Below are positions 1-11,599 of a DNA stretch of 64,000 nt, in pieces. Positions within the stretch are counted from its first letter, which is position 1. The number at the start of each line of letters is the position of its first letter. This stretch comes from Marsupella aquatica (lineage: Eukaryota > Plantae > Marchantiophyta): contig OZ316893.1 of NCBI GenBank assembly GCA_973895155.1, forward strand, positions 14,352,645 to 14,416,644, given 5' to 3'. A program made the position numbers and the translations under genes. Under the pieces are notes generated by a model. It was not told the DNA's origin and ran no database searches. It saw only the letters and a program-made list of their open reading frames with translations.

Positions 1-95
1 ATTTCAAGGAAATATAGAATTGTTGTTGCCTAGTTGAAGAGTCCAACATTCTCATGCAAGTAAAGAAAAATGCCCTTAAAATGATGAATAAAATT

Positions 96-317
96 CAGCT
101 TTTAAGTACTTTGCCACTAAAGATGTTATAATTCACAATAATGCCACTATTTCTTCTGTATTTATAAAAATGTCACTATTTTGTATATAGATGACAAGTT
201 TATCAAGGAAACCAGGGGAACTATATACTGAAACTGTGACATTTTTGTAAATACAAAAAAAAACAGTGACATTATTGTAAATTCAAACATAGTTAGTGAC
301 AATGTACTCAAAAGTTG
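96..317. mobile_element. Foldback/MITE-like element with ~90-bp imperfect terminal inverted repeats (CAGCTTTT...AAAAGTTG)
   Basis: 96-180 (cagcttttaagtactttgccactaa...atttataaaaatgtcac) is the approximate reverse complement of 237-317 (gtgacatttttgtaaata...ttagtgacaatgtactcaaaagttg). The flanks gaataaaatt / aattaaaatt match 8/10, a possible decayed TSD. Confidence 0.7.
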
Positions 318-2129
318 AATTAAAATTATAGGACATTATAGGAACCTATTAAAAAACAAGGAAATAGAAAATTAAAGGGGCGGGAAAAATGACTACATTC
401 TAAATAATACATGGCAAAATCATGGGTTAGAGCAGATTGACATAAAATATATTGCAAAGCAATTTGAATAAGACAAGAAAGAGAATCCGGCCATATGGCA
501 GCCTAAAAAAATACTATTCTTGCTAGGAAAATCTCCTGTTTGCTTGCATCTTGAAAACCCTCACCTATAATTCATATGGGTTAGAAACTCTCATAAAATA
601 GAGAAGAGCTAGATTTGAATGTTCTTACAGCGGCCTATGGTAACGCCAGGAGATATATGAGGTGTAGGGTTTGTCAAGACTTAAGGAGCACCTATATCTC
701 TTACTAAAAGCAGTCAATAGTTTCATTGCGTGTCAGAATATATACGGGTGATAGAATTTTTGTCCTCACATTTTGCCATGCTTTAAGGCGAGTTTTGTTG
801 AACTACCATTATCTAAAAAATCGGCAACAAACCCCACACAAATCATGTGGGATTCGTAACCTTTAAGCAAAGAATTGTTCCCCTCTACTTGTAAAGCCAA
901 TTGTGGTCAAAGTCCATCTTTCACCCCCCAAAAGGCAAGATGCACAGTTGCAAAAGATGCCCTCCCACCATACGGGCTAATACGTAGCTTTGGCGTATGA
1001 AGGGTGTTCCATCCAATTGCTCTCATGAAACATACCTCACTTGCTGATGGTGGCTTTGGGGTTGGTCTTCTCTCTTTTTGGGGCCATCAGGTTCAGCCAT
1101 TGAAAGAGACCGCGATTGTTTGTTTTGGGCTCAATTTTGACACCTTGAATAAAGCTGCAGCACCCATTTACCTATCATACTTTTAATTTTGATCCTTTGA
1201 AGGGAGGACGTTCCGGATGGGATCCTGCTGGACAGCCACAAGAGGCATGGGTCATGAGCTCATGACAATATTAGGGAGTCTCACAACTCAACTGTAGGCC
1301 TGAGTTGGGGATTCACTGATTCAGGGTTAGTCCCATAACTTAGCTTACAGGACCAAGTCATCAATTTAAAAAGTTGAGAGAGGCATCATTGATTCACCCC
1401 ATGAGGGCAAGGCTACTACCTCAGCCCGGTCTCAAGCATACACCCCTTTTCCTTCTCTCTCGGTAAGCTGGCATCCCGAATGAAGGAGTCATCGCCACAT
1501 CATGGCCCCTTTGGGGTTTTGTTTTTCTTTGTGGCCCACTACTGTCTGCCACAAAGGTTTTTGGAACTAGCCTGATTACCCTTCCTTGAACGCAAATAGA
1601 GATAAGACAAAAAAAATCTTGCAACAGTATGTGGTTTCACCTTTGCCCCCATCCCTCTTTTTGGGTATGCACTTGGCTTTCAGTTTTGTCTTTATTACTT
1701 TTGTCTTTATTGGTTAGGTAGATACAGTAGGTAGATAGATCATGCAAATAGTCCCCATAATTATAAAAAGTATTTCACGGAGGTTCATGCAGGTTATTCA
1801 AGTCTATCTGGGCATGTTGGAAAACTCGGAGGTCCATCCTGAGGACCTGAGCGGCTACTTTTCCTCCTCCCTGGGCGAAGGGATTAAAGAGAAATAAATG
1901 TTATTATTCCTACGGTATGGGGATCCACCAGCCGCCGGCATTCATGTCAGACGAGGCGAGCATCCCATCCTTAGCTCTGCAGACTGCAGTTCCCATCCAT
2001 CCATTTGTGCGCCGCCATCCATCTGACAATCCAATCAATCTGGTGCATCTCGAGCAAGAGATCTGTCTAGTACGCCATCTATCCATCCATGCAGCTAGTC
2101 AGCCCGTTTACGGATAACTCCTCCAATTC

Positions 2130-3120
2130 TAAGAAATAACACAAAAAGAAACTCCTTCAAGGATTCTCCTTCTGCTTCGTATCTTTTCTCATTACTTTTT
2201 CCTCTCCAAAGAAGACAAGAAAATCCAATCTTCTCTCAAATGTTTTCTCTCAAGGAAATAGGAAAAGAACGCCTTCAATTCTCTCACTCACCTTGGGTGT
2301 CTTTTCTCAAAATTTTCTTTCTCTCCAAGAAGGAAACAAAGAACTCCTTCAATTTTCTCTCATTTATGTGTAATACATTTTTCTTTCGTTTCTCCCTTAT
2401 TTTTCTCCAAATTTGATCCCTATATTTTTCCAATTTTGTTGTTTCTAGGAGGGACGGGGAAAATAGCCATTAGTTCCTCCTCTCCTCCTGTGTCTTTCTT
2501 TGAAAAGAGGAACTCCTTCAATTCTCCATCTCCTCCCTTATCTGTTCTCAAATTGTTTTCTCAACACAAGGAAAAGAAAAAACTCTTTCAAATCCCCTCT
2601 CCTCAGGTATCTTTTCTCAACTCTTTCCCTTTAAGAAGGAAAAAAACAGCTCCTTAATTCTCCATCTCCTCCTGTATCTTTTCTCAATCTTTTTCTTTTG
2701 AAGAAGGAAAGAAGAAAACTCCTCCAACTCCCCCTCTCCTCGGGCATCTCTCTTAAAATTTTCTCTCCGTGAAGGAAACAGAACTCCTCCTATTCACCCT
2801 CTCCTGTGGGACCTTATCTCAGTTTTTTTTCCTCTCCAAGAAGAATAAAAACATCTCCTTCAGTTCTCGGCTCTCCTGGGGTATATCATCTAAAAACAAA
2901 ATCTCTCCAATAAGGTAGAACAAAATCCTTCTATTGTCCCTCTCCTCCCACATGTTTTCTCAAATTTTCTCTCTCCAAGAAGGGAGAAAACAACTCCCTC
3001 AATTCTCCATCTTCCCCGGTAACTTTCCTCAAATTCTTTCTCTCAAAGAAAGGGAAAAAACCTACTGCAATTCCCTCTCTCATCGACATAGTTTCTCAAT
3101 TTCTCTATCACCAAGAAGAA
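2130..3120. repeat. Degenerate pyrimidine-rich tandem repeat, ~60-bp unit
   Basis: The motif ttttctctctccaagaaggaaa...aactccttcaattctcc(a)tctcct..gtatcttttctcaa recurs more than 10 times with divergence. Boundaries are approximate. Confidence 0.8.
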
Positions 3121-3160
3121 ATGTAAATTCAAAGTGGCCATTGCATTTTGACCTCTATTA

Positions 3161-3461
3161 GGGTGTCTCAAACTTTAGAAGACTACGGCTTTTAGTTGAG
3201 CCAAGAGTGGATTCACGCTGCTTGGATTCACACTGCTGGATGTGGGCCCAAGATATGTGTGGTACATCAGCGACCACTCTTTTTTGCCCGGGTGTTTTTG
3301 CTAACTGCAGAACTCGGATCGTCCGTTACTTCTACACCTCTCAAAGTTATCCCCCTGTGCTTACTCGTGCCCAAAATGTAGCACCCGGCCCTAGTTTGGC
3401 CTTGTTTTCTCGAGGTCCGCAGCCTGGATGGCTCTCAAGAGAAGCAAACTTTGAGACACCC
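3161..3461. mobile_element. MITE-like element, 12-bp TIR GGGTGTCTCAAA, TA target duplication
   Basis: ta|gggtgtctcaaa at 3159-3172 and tttgagacaccc|ta at 3450-3463 form a perfect inverted repeat. The interior is non-coding. Confidence 0.55.
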
Positions 3462-3939
3462 TATTGTTCCACATTCTCCTGGTCGAACTTGCAGTAATTA
3501 TGTACATCTGGGCCAGTGAGCCCTCATGCCAGATTGTTTGTCTAGTTTCCTCTGCTGTCGCTCTTATGTAATGCCTCTGGCTAATAAGCCTTAAGGGCCC
3601 AATTTCTACTGTCATAATAAATGAGAGTTTTCCCAGGCCCAGGCCCACATGCCTCACCCTGGTTGTGCCGGGTGGGTTTAACCCAAATTGGAAAGCCCTA
3701 CTGAGTAGCAAATTGGAAAGCCTAAACTCCACAGGAACTACAAAAACTATTTATCTGGTGACCCTTTGGTTAGACCAAAGTCACAAACAGGAATTTGTGA
3801 AGTAGCCCCAAAACAAACAACCTCGGCTCTACAAAACTGAGATTGATAGATGCTCTATGGTGTGTCTGTCATTCTTCATGTTCTCTATGTGAAAAGTCCC
3901 CTTCCATTTCTGATTCTTCAAGGAGTTCTCTCAGTGAGG

Positions 3940-5450
3940 CATCTGTTTGATGGACCCCTAAACTGAAAAGTGTCACTTGATGGGACCCCTGAGGTTTTGG
4001 GTATATTAAACTAAGGTCTATCAATGGTTTGGATCACTCCGCCGAACCGTAATTGATGGCACGGTTCACACTTTATCAAATAACGGTTCAAATCACTCAC
4101 TTTTAATTTAATGTTGGGGTTCCATCAAGAATATATATTTGCTTTCCCTCTTCCACCTCCCTTCCCCTTCCCTTTCTGATTTTTTCCTTGGGGTATTTGC
4201 TTGATGGACCCTCACAATGAAAAGTGTTACTTCATATCTAAATGTTCATCAAGGTCTATCAATGGTATATGGGTCACTCAAGGGTCCCATCAAATGACAC
4301 TTTTAATGTGGGGGTCCATTATACCTCTTCTTTCCCTCTTCCATTTCCCTTACCCTTTCTAATTCTTTCCTTGATGTACCCTCAAAATGAAAAGTGTTAG
4401 ACCCCAGAGATTATTTTGGATTTGTCTGTCAAGGTCTATCAAAGGTGTGGATCACTCAAGGGTCCCCATGATAAAACACTTTTAATTTTGGGGGTCCATT
4501 ATACCTCTTCTTTCCCTCTTCCATTTCCCTTAATATCCTTTCTGATTCTTTCCTTGATGGACCCTCAAAATAAAAAGTGTCACTTGATATGACCCCCAAG
4601 TGTACATCTATCAAGGTCTACTAACAGTGTGGATCCCTCAAGTGTCCCATCAAATAACACTTTCAATTTAGGGGGTCCATTATACCTCTTCTTCCCTCTT
4701 CCACGTCCCCTTTCCACGTCCCCTTTCCACATCTCCTTTCCACCTCCCCTTTCTGATTCTTTCCGTGATGGATTTGCTTGATGGACCCTCAAAATGAAAT
4801 ATGTTACTTGATAGGACCCCCATGAGATTTTGGGTACTACGTGTATCAAGGTATTAGGAGGGATTTGCTTGATGGGACCCCAAAATGAATTGCATTTTGG
4901 GTACCTTGATTCAAGGTCAATCAACGGTCTGGATCACTCAGGGGTGACACGTTTCATTTTGGGGCCCCATCAAGCAAATCCCTCAAGGTATCAGCGGTGT
5001 GTATCAAGGTCAATCAAGGGTCTTGATCACTCCTATCAAGTGACAGGTTTCATTTTGGGGCCCCATCAAGCAAATCCCTAAAGGTATCAGAGGTGTGTAT
5101 CAAGGTCAATCAAGGGTCTTGATCAGTCAGGGGTCGTATCAAGTGACACATTTCATTTTTGGGGTCCCATCAAGCAAATCCCTCAAGGTATCAGCCGTGT
5201 GTATCAAGGTCAATCAACAATCTGGATCTCTATCAAGGTCAGTCAATGGTGGTCTGGATCACTCAAGGGACCTAAGGTCAATCAATGGTCTGGATCTGTA
5301 TCAAGGTCAATCAATGGTGGTCTGGATCACACAAGCTACCTATCAAGTAACACGTTTCATTTTTTGGGGTCCCATCAAAGCGAATTTCTCAAGGTATAGC
5401 GGTGTGTATCACTCAAAGGGTCCCATCCAAGAACTCTTTTCATTGTGGGG
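3940..5450. repeat. Tandem array of degenerate units containing internal inverted repeats (hairpin satellite or decayed foldback element)
   Basis: The motif ttgatggaccctcaaaatgaaaagtgtcacttgat and its reverse complement atcaagtgacac.tttcattttgggggtcccatcaag alternate many times, separated by tcaaggtc(t/a)atcaatggt..ggatcactc. Confidence 0.85.
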
Positions 5451-6345
5451 GCCATCTCGCCTAATCAAAACCCCCTTCCACCTCTTCCGCGAAGCATGTG
5501 CAGAGCGGGCACACAATCACGCAACTAACACTCTCCCGTGCTATCGGATCGCATCGTCAGGTTCCCGTACCTCTCACCTCTTTACCTTACCTGAATTATG
5601 ACCGACCGCCCTCCTCATCCTCCTCATCCCTCTGCTCGATCCAGTCACCCACTCTCGTGCTTTCTGGAATGAGTACCGTGGAAGACCCGGCGTAGACCCA
5701 CTGACATCATCTCCTCGTGCAGTTTGGAGCGGTGACTGGGTTCTTGCCTTTGACGGATCTTTGATCTTTTCTCAATGAACTTCATCAGAATCCTTCTCCC
5801 CCAGGAAGAGTGGTGGTACTACTACTACTACTGGTGTTGAATGAACCGGATTTCGCTGCTTCGGATTCTCAGTCTTCGGGCAATCGGCAGAGACCTTCGC
5901 CGCGCACAACCCTCCTGTTCCCCAGTTGATCAGCGATGTCTCAACCGTGAATTCCGAACCAGCTGCTTCCTCTTCTTGACGTGCTTTCTATCTTGGAGGA
6001 ATTTCATTGAGGCCCTCTTTATCATGTACACATCATGGATTTAAGTCGTCGAATGATTGGGCACAGGCCATCACCGGGTGTCGGGATTTCGGTCCTTGTT
6101 GGATGTCCTTTGTGATCTGTGATACTCGAGACTCAACTGGAGGACCGCAACTCGAGGCTTTTCTGTTTCTCCAGGAGTCGTCCAGGGTTTAGAAGTGAAA
6201 TTGTAAGATATTCAAGCTATATCCGATGCTAGAGCCTTGTTTAGTTTCATTCCTTCCATTTGTCCGTAAGGTTCGGCAAAGGCCGCATACATCGTCTAGC
6301 TATGTCATTCTACGACGAACTGGAATTTTGAAAGTTGATGTTCAA

Positions 6346-6495
6346 AGAGACTTTAGATGAAAGCCAAGGTGGTGTTTGAGTCGTACCTTGTTCGTATTGA
6401 CTCAGAGACTCTAGATCAAAGCCAAGGTGGTTCAAGTCGTACCTTGTCCGCATTGACTCAGAGTCTTTAGATCAAAGCTAAGGTGGTGTTTGAGT
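6346..6495. repeat. ~58-bp tandem repeat, about 2.5 copies, in the probable 5' leader/intron of the F-box gene
   Basis: agag(a/t)ct(t/c)tagat(g/c)aaagc(c/t)aaggtgg...gtcgtaccttgt.cg.attgactc repeated. Confidence 0.85.
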
Positions 6496-6926
6496 GAGAA
6501 AGGTTCAAACTTAGTTCTTGTGACTAGTGGATAAGAGTAAGATGGCCGTTACTTGCGTATCCTGTTGGCTTGAGTGCCACGATGGTTGGGAGGAGAAGCC
6601 AATACCTTACATTAAACTTGCAACGGTAGGACTGTTAAGGCATCATTGAATTTCATTGTACCTGTGATAGATCTGACGAGAGAGATTGGGTTGGAGCTCA
6701 CCTGAATCTCAGCAGCGACCTTTTCCACCACGATTGGCGTTGGAATTGGGTGCAGTGTTGAATAATTATCAATGAATGATGGGTAGTGGTTTCTAGTGTT
6801 CTAACGTACATCCTAGCCAGCGGAAATCTTACAGTGATTGTTTGTACAGATCACGCCGAGAAAATAAAAGCAGACCGTGGCAGTTTTGAGACCAATTGTG
6901 TCGAGTCGAGCGAGGAAGTCATTGCC

Positions 6927-9399
6927 ATGGAGAAACTGAAAGCAAGAGCAGGATTGCCACATGATGCCACGGGGATTTCCCCGTATTTTTGGGCTGTGGA
7001 AGAGGAAGATGTAGAATCTGCCCCTCGAGACATGAAGTTGAAATGGAAACGGCTCTTGCAAAAGCGTAGTGGGTCCAGTACTGATTTTGAAGCAGACTTG
7101 GTAACAGGAGTAGATGGGGATTCAAAATGGCCAGATTTGCCAATGGAGGTACTGGTTCGCATCATGACGCTGGTCGACAATCGCACTATTGTCGTTGCAA
7201 GTGGAGTTTGTCACGCATGGCGTGATGCTCTGCGCCTTGGTATCCTTGATCTTTCGTTTTCCTGGTATGTTGTGTTTCCACCCTAAAGCTTGCTATTTTC
7301 TCTAGGTTCTGGCCCTCAACATAAGTTCATGAACTCGGCCATAGAGTTAAGCGAGTCGACAGAGTCCGTAAAACTGGGCTCAAACCGGACAGAGAATTCG
7401 CAAACCCATTATTGAATTTATGGGACACTATAAATTCTGACGCCTCAGGTGAAACCCTCTATGATCTGAATCAAGTATTCCATATTCTTTACACCAATGT
7501 TGGGATTGTTGCAGGTGTGGCCGCAATGTCAGTAACTTGGTCCAGTCTTTGGCCCCGAAATTCTCCAAACTTTCAAGCTGCAATCTACGTCGGTGCCTCA
7601 ATCTGAATGACAGTGCAATTGAGGCCCTGGGAAGTAACATGCTGGAGTTGAGAATTCTCGATCTGACCAACGGCACAAGGCTCACCGATCGCTCTTTGGT
7701 GGCCTTGGCGAAAGGGTGTGTGCGGCTCGAGAAGTTAAATTTGAGCGGCTGCTTGGGGATTACTGAGGTTGGATTGGTTGCTTTGGCTAAAAGCTGCACA
7801 AACTTGAGACAGTTAAATCTTTGTGGCTGTGATAACGCTGCTACCGATAGAGCTTTGACGGTAATATTTCATCGCCTGTGGGTAACCCAGTCGTGCGCGT
7901 GCGGTCGAGTGTAGTTTTTCATTTCAGAAGCGAGCGGGTGTCATTTTTGCAAATTCCGTTCTCAGGGTTGTAGAGATAAGCCAGCAATAATGGCAGGTAT
8001 TCAAGAGAATTCTGGACAATTTAGGACAGAACCATGGGTTTAGATAAATAATTAGTGCTTCTCAGTCAGGAAGATACATTTGAAGTCGCTACATGGTGAT
8101 AAGAGTCACGATCATATTCTAATAAGAGTCACTATCATATTCTTATCTTGGATCCAATCCGAATAGGAATCCAGCCATGGGAGCGGCCTAGAAGAGGAAC
8201 TCTGTTTCTTTGTAACATTTCGTCTTGTAGGCAGTACGACTACGTTGGAGCTTTAATTTTTCTGGGTAATTGATGGAGTGGAAAGCTGTTACATTTGGGA
8301 GGAGTGAACAACGTCGCGCAGCTCCAGCCGCCCCTTCTGAAAACAAGAACCCACTCTGATGGCAGTGATGTGTTGTTTCTGTGTTTTGTTTACGACAGGC
8401 ACTGGCTGAAAACTGCAGTAAACTACAATATTTGAATGTTGGCTGGTGCGAACGCATCACTGATGCTGGTGTAATGGCGTTAGCGTGTGGATGTTCAGAG
8501 TTGCGAGTAATGGATTTGTGTGGATGCCATCTTATCACAGGTATGTGCTCACTCTCATCAGAGTTTCTTGATAGCATATCCTGTACTTTCTGTCATTTAC
8601 AAGAGGTTATGCTACCCGCTTATTCTGGTGTGAACCAAGGACCCAATCTAGGGAGGTCTTATAATTCAACAACTATGCTTCGCCGTCCTAGAAGGGAACA
8701 GATAGGTATGCTTTTGTTTAATGTGTCGTCTTATTGTAGAAAAATAGAATGTATGAGAAGAATCTCGTGTAGCAAAGGAAATGTTTGATGTTCGATTCTT
8801 GCACATACTTCTAATTGCTCGACTCACATTGTTCAGATCGGAGTGTCATGGTTTTGGCAGACCGTTGCCTACGCCTTCGGGTACTCAACTTGTACAGGTG
8901 TCAGAATATTACAGATCTTTCCATGTATGCATTGGCAGACCAGGGCAATTTATCTCGTCGAGCTGAAAGAAGCAATTCTAAATTGTCCTTCGGCTATGGC
9001 CAGATGTACACTAATCGGGGTGCAATTGCACGCAGTTGTTCAGGGAGATTTAGTGGAACTAGAAGCAGTAGCAGTAGCAGCAGCAGCAGCAGCTGTGATA
9101 GTGTAACCAATCAGCGGTCAACTCCAAGAGGGTATATTGAGACCCTGGTGAGTGACTTAGATGGTTATGGGTTGGTGTCACTCAATTTGAGTGGATGCAG
9201 AGCTCTCTCGGCTTGTGCAGTGCAGGCAGTGTGTAATGCCTATCCAGCTTTGCACACCTGTCCAGAAAGATGCTCGTTGAACGTCAGCGGCTGTCTCAAT
9301 CTCACATCTGTGCACTGTCTGTGCGGACGAGAGAGAGTAAGCCGTGCTTCCGAATACAAAAACCAAGCACCTCTTCGTCCTAGGTATCTTCCCGTGTGA
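6927..9399 (+). CDS. SKP2: F-box/LRR protein, SKP2A/SKP2B-like; exons 6927-7264, 7515-7860, 8399-8540, 8837-9399 (462 aa)
   Basis: F-box motif WPDLPMEVLVRIMTLVDNRTIVVASGVC, cysteine-containing LRRs (LEKLNLSGC, LRQLNLCGC, LQYLNVGWC) and a C-terminal AVQAVC..YPALHTC..R.SL.VSGCLNLTSVHC typical of plant SKP2. All introns are GT-AG and phase-compatible; exons total 1389 nt. Confidence 0.93.
9064..9093 (+). repeat. (AGC/AGT)n trinucleotide repeat encoding poly-Ser in SKP2 exon 4
   Basis: agcagtagcagtagcagcagcagcagcagc = 10 Ser codons. Confidence 0.9.
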
Positions 9400-11599
9400 C
9401 TTCACGTTGCTAGGTTTGAGCTATATATTGTATGTTTAGTCTAGGCAGCCTGTGTATAAATCCATTCCTCATACTCCTTTCTTTCCTTGTGCCCCCAGTG
9501 TTTGTCCTAGCCAGCACCTATCCCTGTTTTAATTTTTCTTCTTTTCTCAAACTTGGACGCTTGACAACAATTGAAAGCTACTCTGACTGGGTTTGCTTGT
9601 AAAAATGATCTGTGAAAAGGTAACCATACTGCCTAAATACAGGACAGCCTAACTTTTCACCTACTAGTGGAAATAATCTGTTTGAAGTGTTCGTTTGAAG
9701 TCGCTGTCTGGCAGTCGATTCTAGATTGAATTTTTGATTTTTGGCATGGAATTCTATGGTAAAGTAGAGCTGTTGTAGCTACAGTTCTGTACTCGACTTT
9801 AACAACGTTCCCGGCCAACCTTCCTCAACATTCTGCGGCAACTCGTCGACGAATTGGGCTGGTGAATGGGTGCGAGTCTTCAACTGTCTTTGTGCGAGGA
9901 TTTAAGCAGTAATTCAACTTTTTGGTCATCTTCTTAACAATTGATGCAGGAAACTAGATATCACTTTTCGATTCACGTGATAGTTTGTTTCTGTGGCATA
10001 TTGCAATAGGGTTTCTCCTGGATTTGTAGGTTTCTTCCGTGCATTTGTTTTGATTGCTTGTGATGAAGTCGGTCTTCGTAACGCTAGTCTCGTATAGAAT
10101 GAAGTTGTTGATCCATAAAGATTGAGAATTTTTGTTTAGATGAACAGGAACTTGGATTGCCTGGTACGTCATGGCTGGATATATAAATTCTCCCAACAAA
10201 AATACAAGTAGAATCTATCTATACTAGGACTACCAATACTATCGAAATTGGAGGTCAAATTTTGACAGACATGTCTCGGACTTCGACTGAGACTAAGTCT
10301 CGGATATCTCAGTTTCGGTAAACCATAACAAATGTGAACCCCAAAAACTTGCAAGGAATATACATGTGACTTGGAAAGTTAGGATTTCCAAGTCTGATCA
10401 AAATCTCATCCGAATTTTCAATTTAATCTTTGATGGAGGTCAGAGAAACAGATCAAATGTGATGGCGAAATGATATCTCAAGCTGGGAATTGGGTTGCTC
10501 TAGCTCCAATCTGAGTCGACTGAAGTAGAACCTCCACTAGCCATATAAAAGGGGGAAGTGTTCAAGCCTTCTTCCTTTTTCACTTTACTCTCATTCTTGT
10601 CCTCTCCTAATTAAGGAAAGTATATTATAATTAGGAAAGGATATTATTTATGGTAAAACCTGGTATAGGTTTTTGTCATGGCTAATGGTGGTTGGTTTAA
10701 TGCAACCAAATATCCCTCAAGACAAACTATCCCTGCACACACAGACTGGAAAATTGTCACCTATCGGTAAGGTGGCTGAAACCAATACAAAGGGAAAATT
10801 GCAAACAGGCAACGAAGGTATTCTAGAACCTCAACACCCTCATGAACTGACACAACATTTTTAATCAATGGGGTTTAAGTACTTGTGATCTGTATCCACA
10901 GAGTTTAATTAAACCATAATTTAGATTTTTTAGTTTTTAGTTTTTTTAGTTTTTAGTTTTTTTAGTTTTTTTATAAATAAAAGTGACGAGCGCGAGATGT
11001 ATTTCAAAGCGCCCCATGGTGAAAACCAGCAAGGAAGAAAAAAAACAAGCCCAGGGGGATGCAGCAAACAGCAACACCTAAAGGCAGAGCCACCACACGC
11101 CGTAGTGGGGCAGCAAGGCCACAGGCCTCAGGGCAAAAATACAGACCAGGATGCGAATGGGTTAGAATCAACCACTATTGCTCCGGCACACAGTGAGACC
11201 AAATGTGAAACCAAAAGGCCAGATACAAAGTCCTACAATACCATATGGTGTGGTGCCAATCTCTCTCAAAACAAACTAACTCAGAAAACTCTAAAGCCAT
11301 AGTGTCAAGAGCAGCATAGAGCCCGAGAAGTCAAAATCTCATACCCCCTACTATAGATACTCCAATAGTGCTTCGCATACCGGAGTCCAAGTGTGTCATG
11401 TGATCTCTGCTTATGAGGGCAGAAGAATGATGAGGACCTAAAGCAATACAATTCTCATTCATTGGGGCTTATAGCAAGAGGTGTGTGAATTCTGCTCACA
11501 GATCGATTGACCATGACAGCAAGTTCTGTAAAAGTTTTGCGCAGTCTGCGTGCCTTGGTGACATATTTGGTGCGTTGCAGTGTAGCATGAACATTCACA

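Noticed and set aside
380-387. E2F-like site GCGGGAAA (also ATTGGCGCCAAA at 27301-27312)
   Set aside because: These are kilobases from any gene start, and 8-mers like this are expected by chance in 64 kb.
3940-5450. CRISPR-like repeat/spacer appearance, and ORFs 4580-5601 within it
   Set aside because: The repeats are degenerate and in both orientations, the spacers are not unique, there are no cas genes, and the context is eukaryotic. The ORFs are translations of the repeat.
10000-10640. Possible solo LTR fragment (TATAAAAGGGG followed by a pyrimidine tract)
   Set aside because: No TG...CA boundaries with a TSD and no second copy could be identified.
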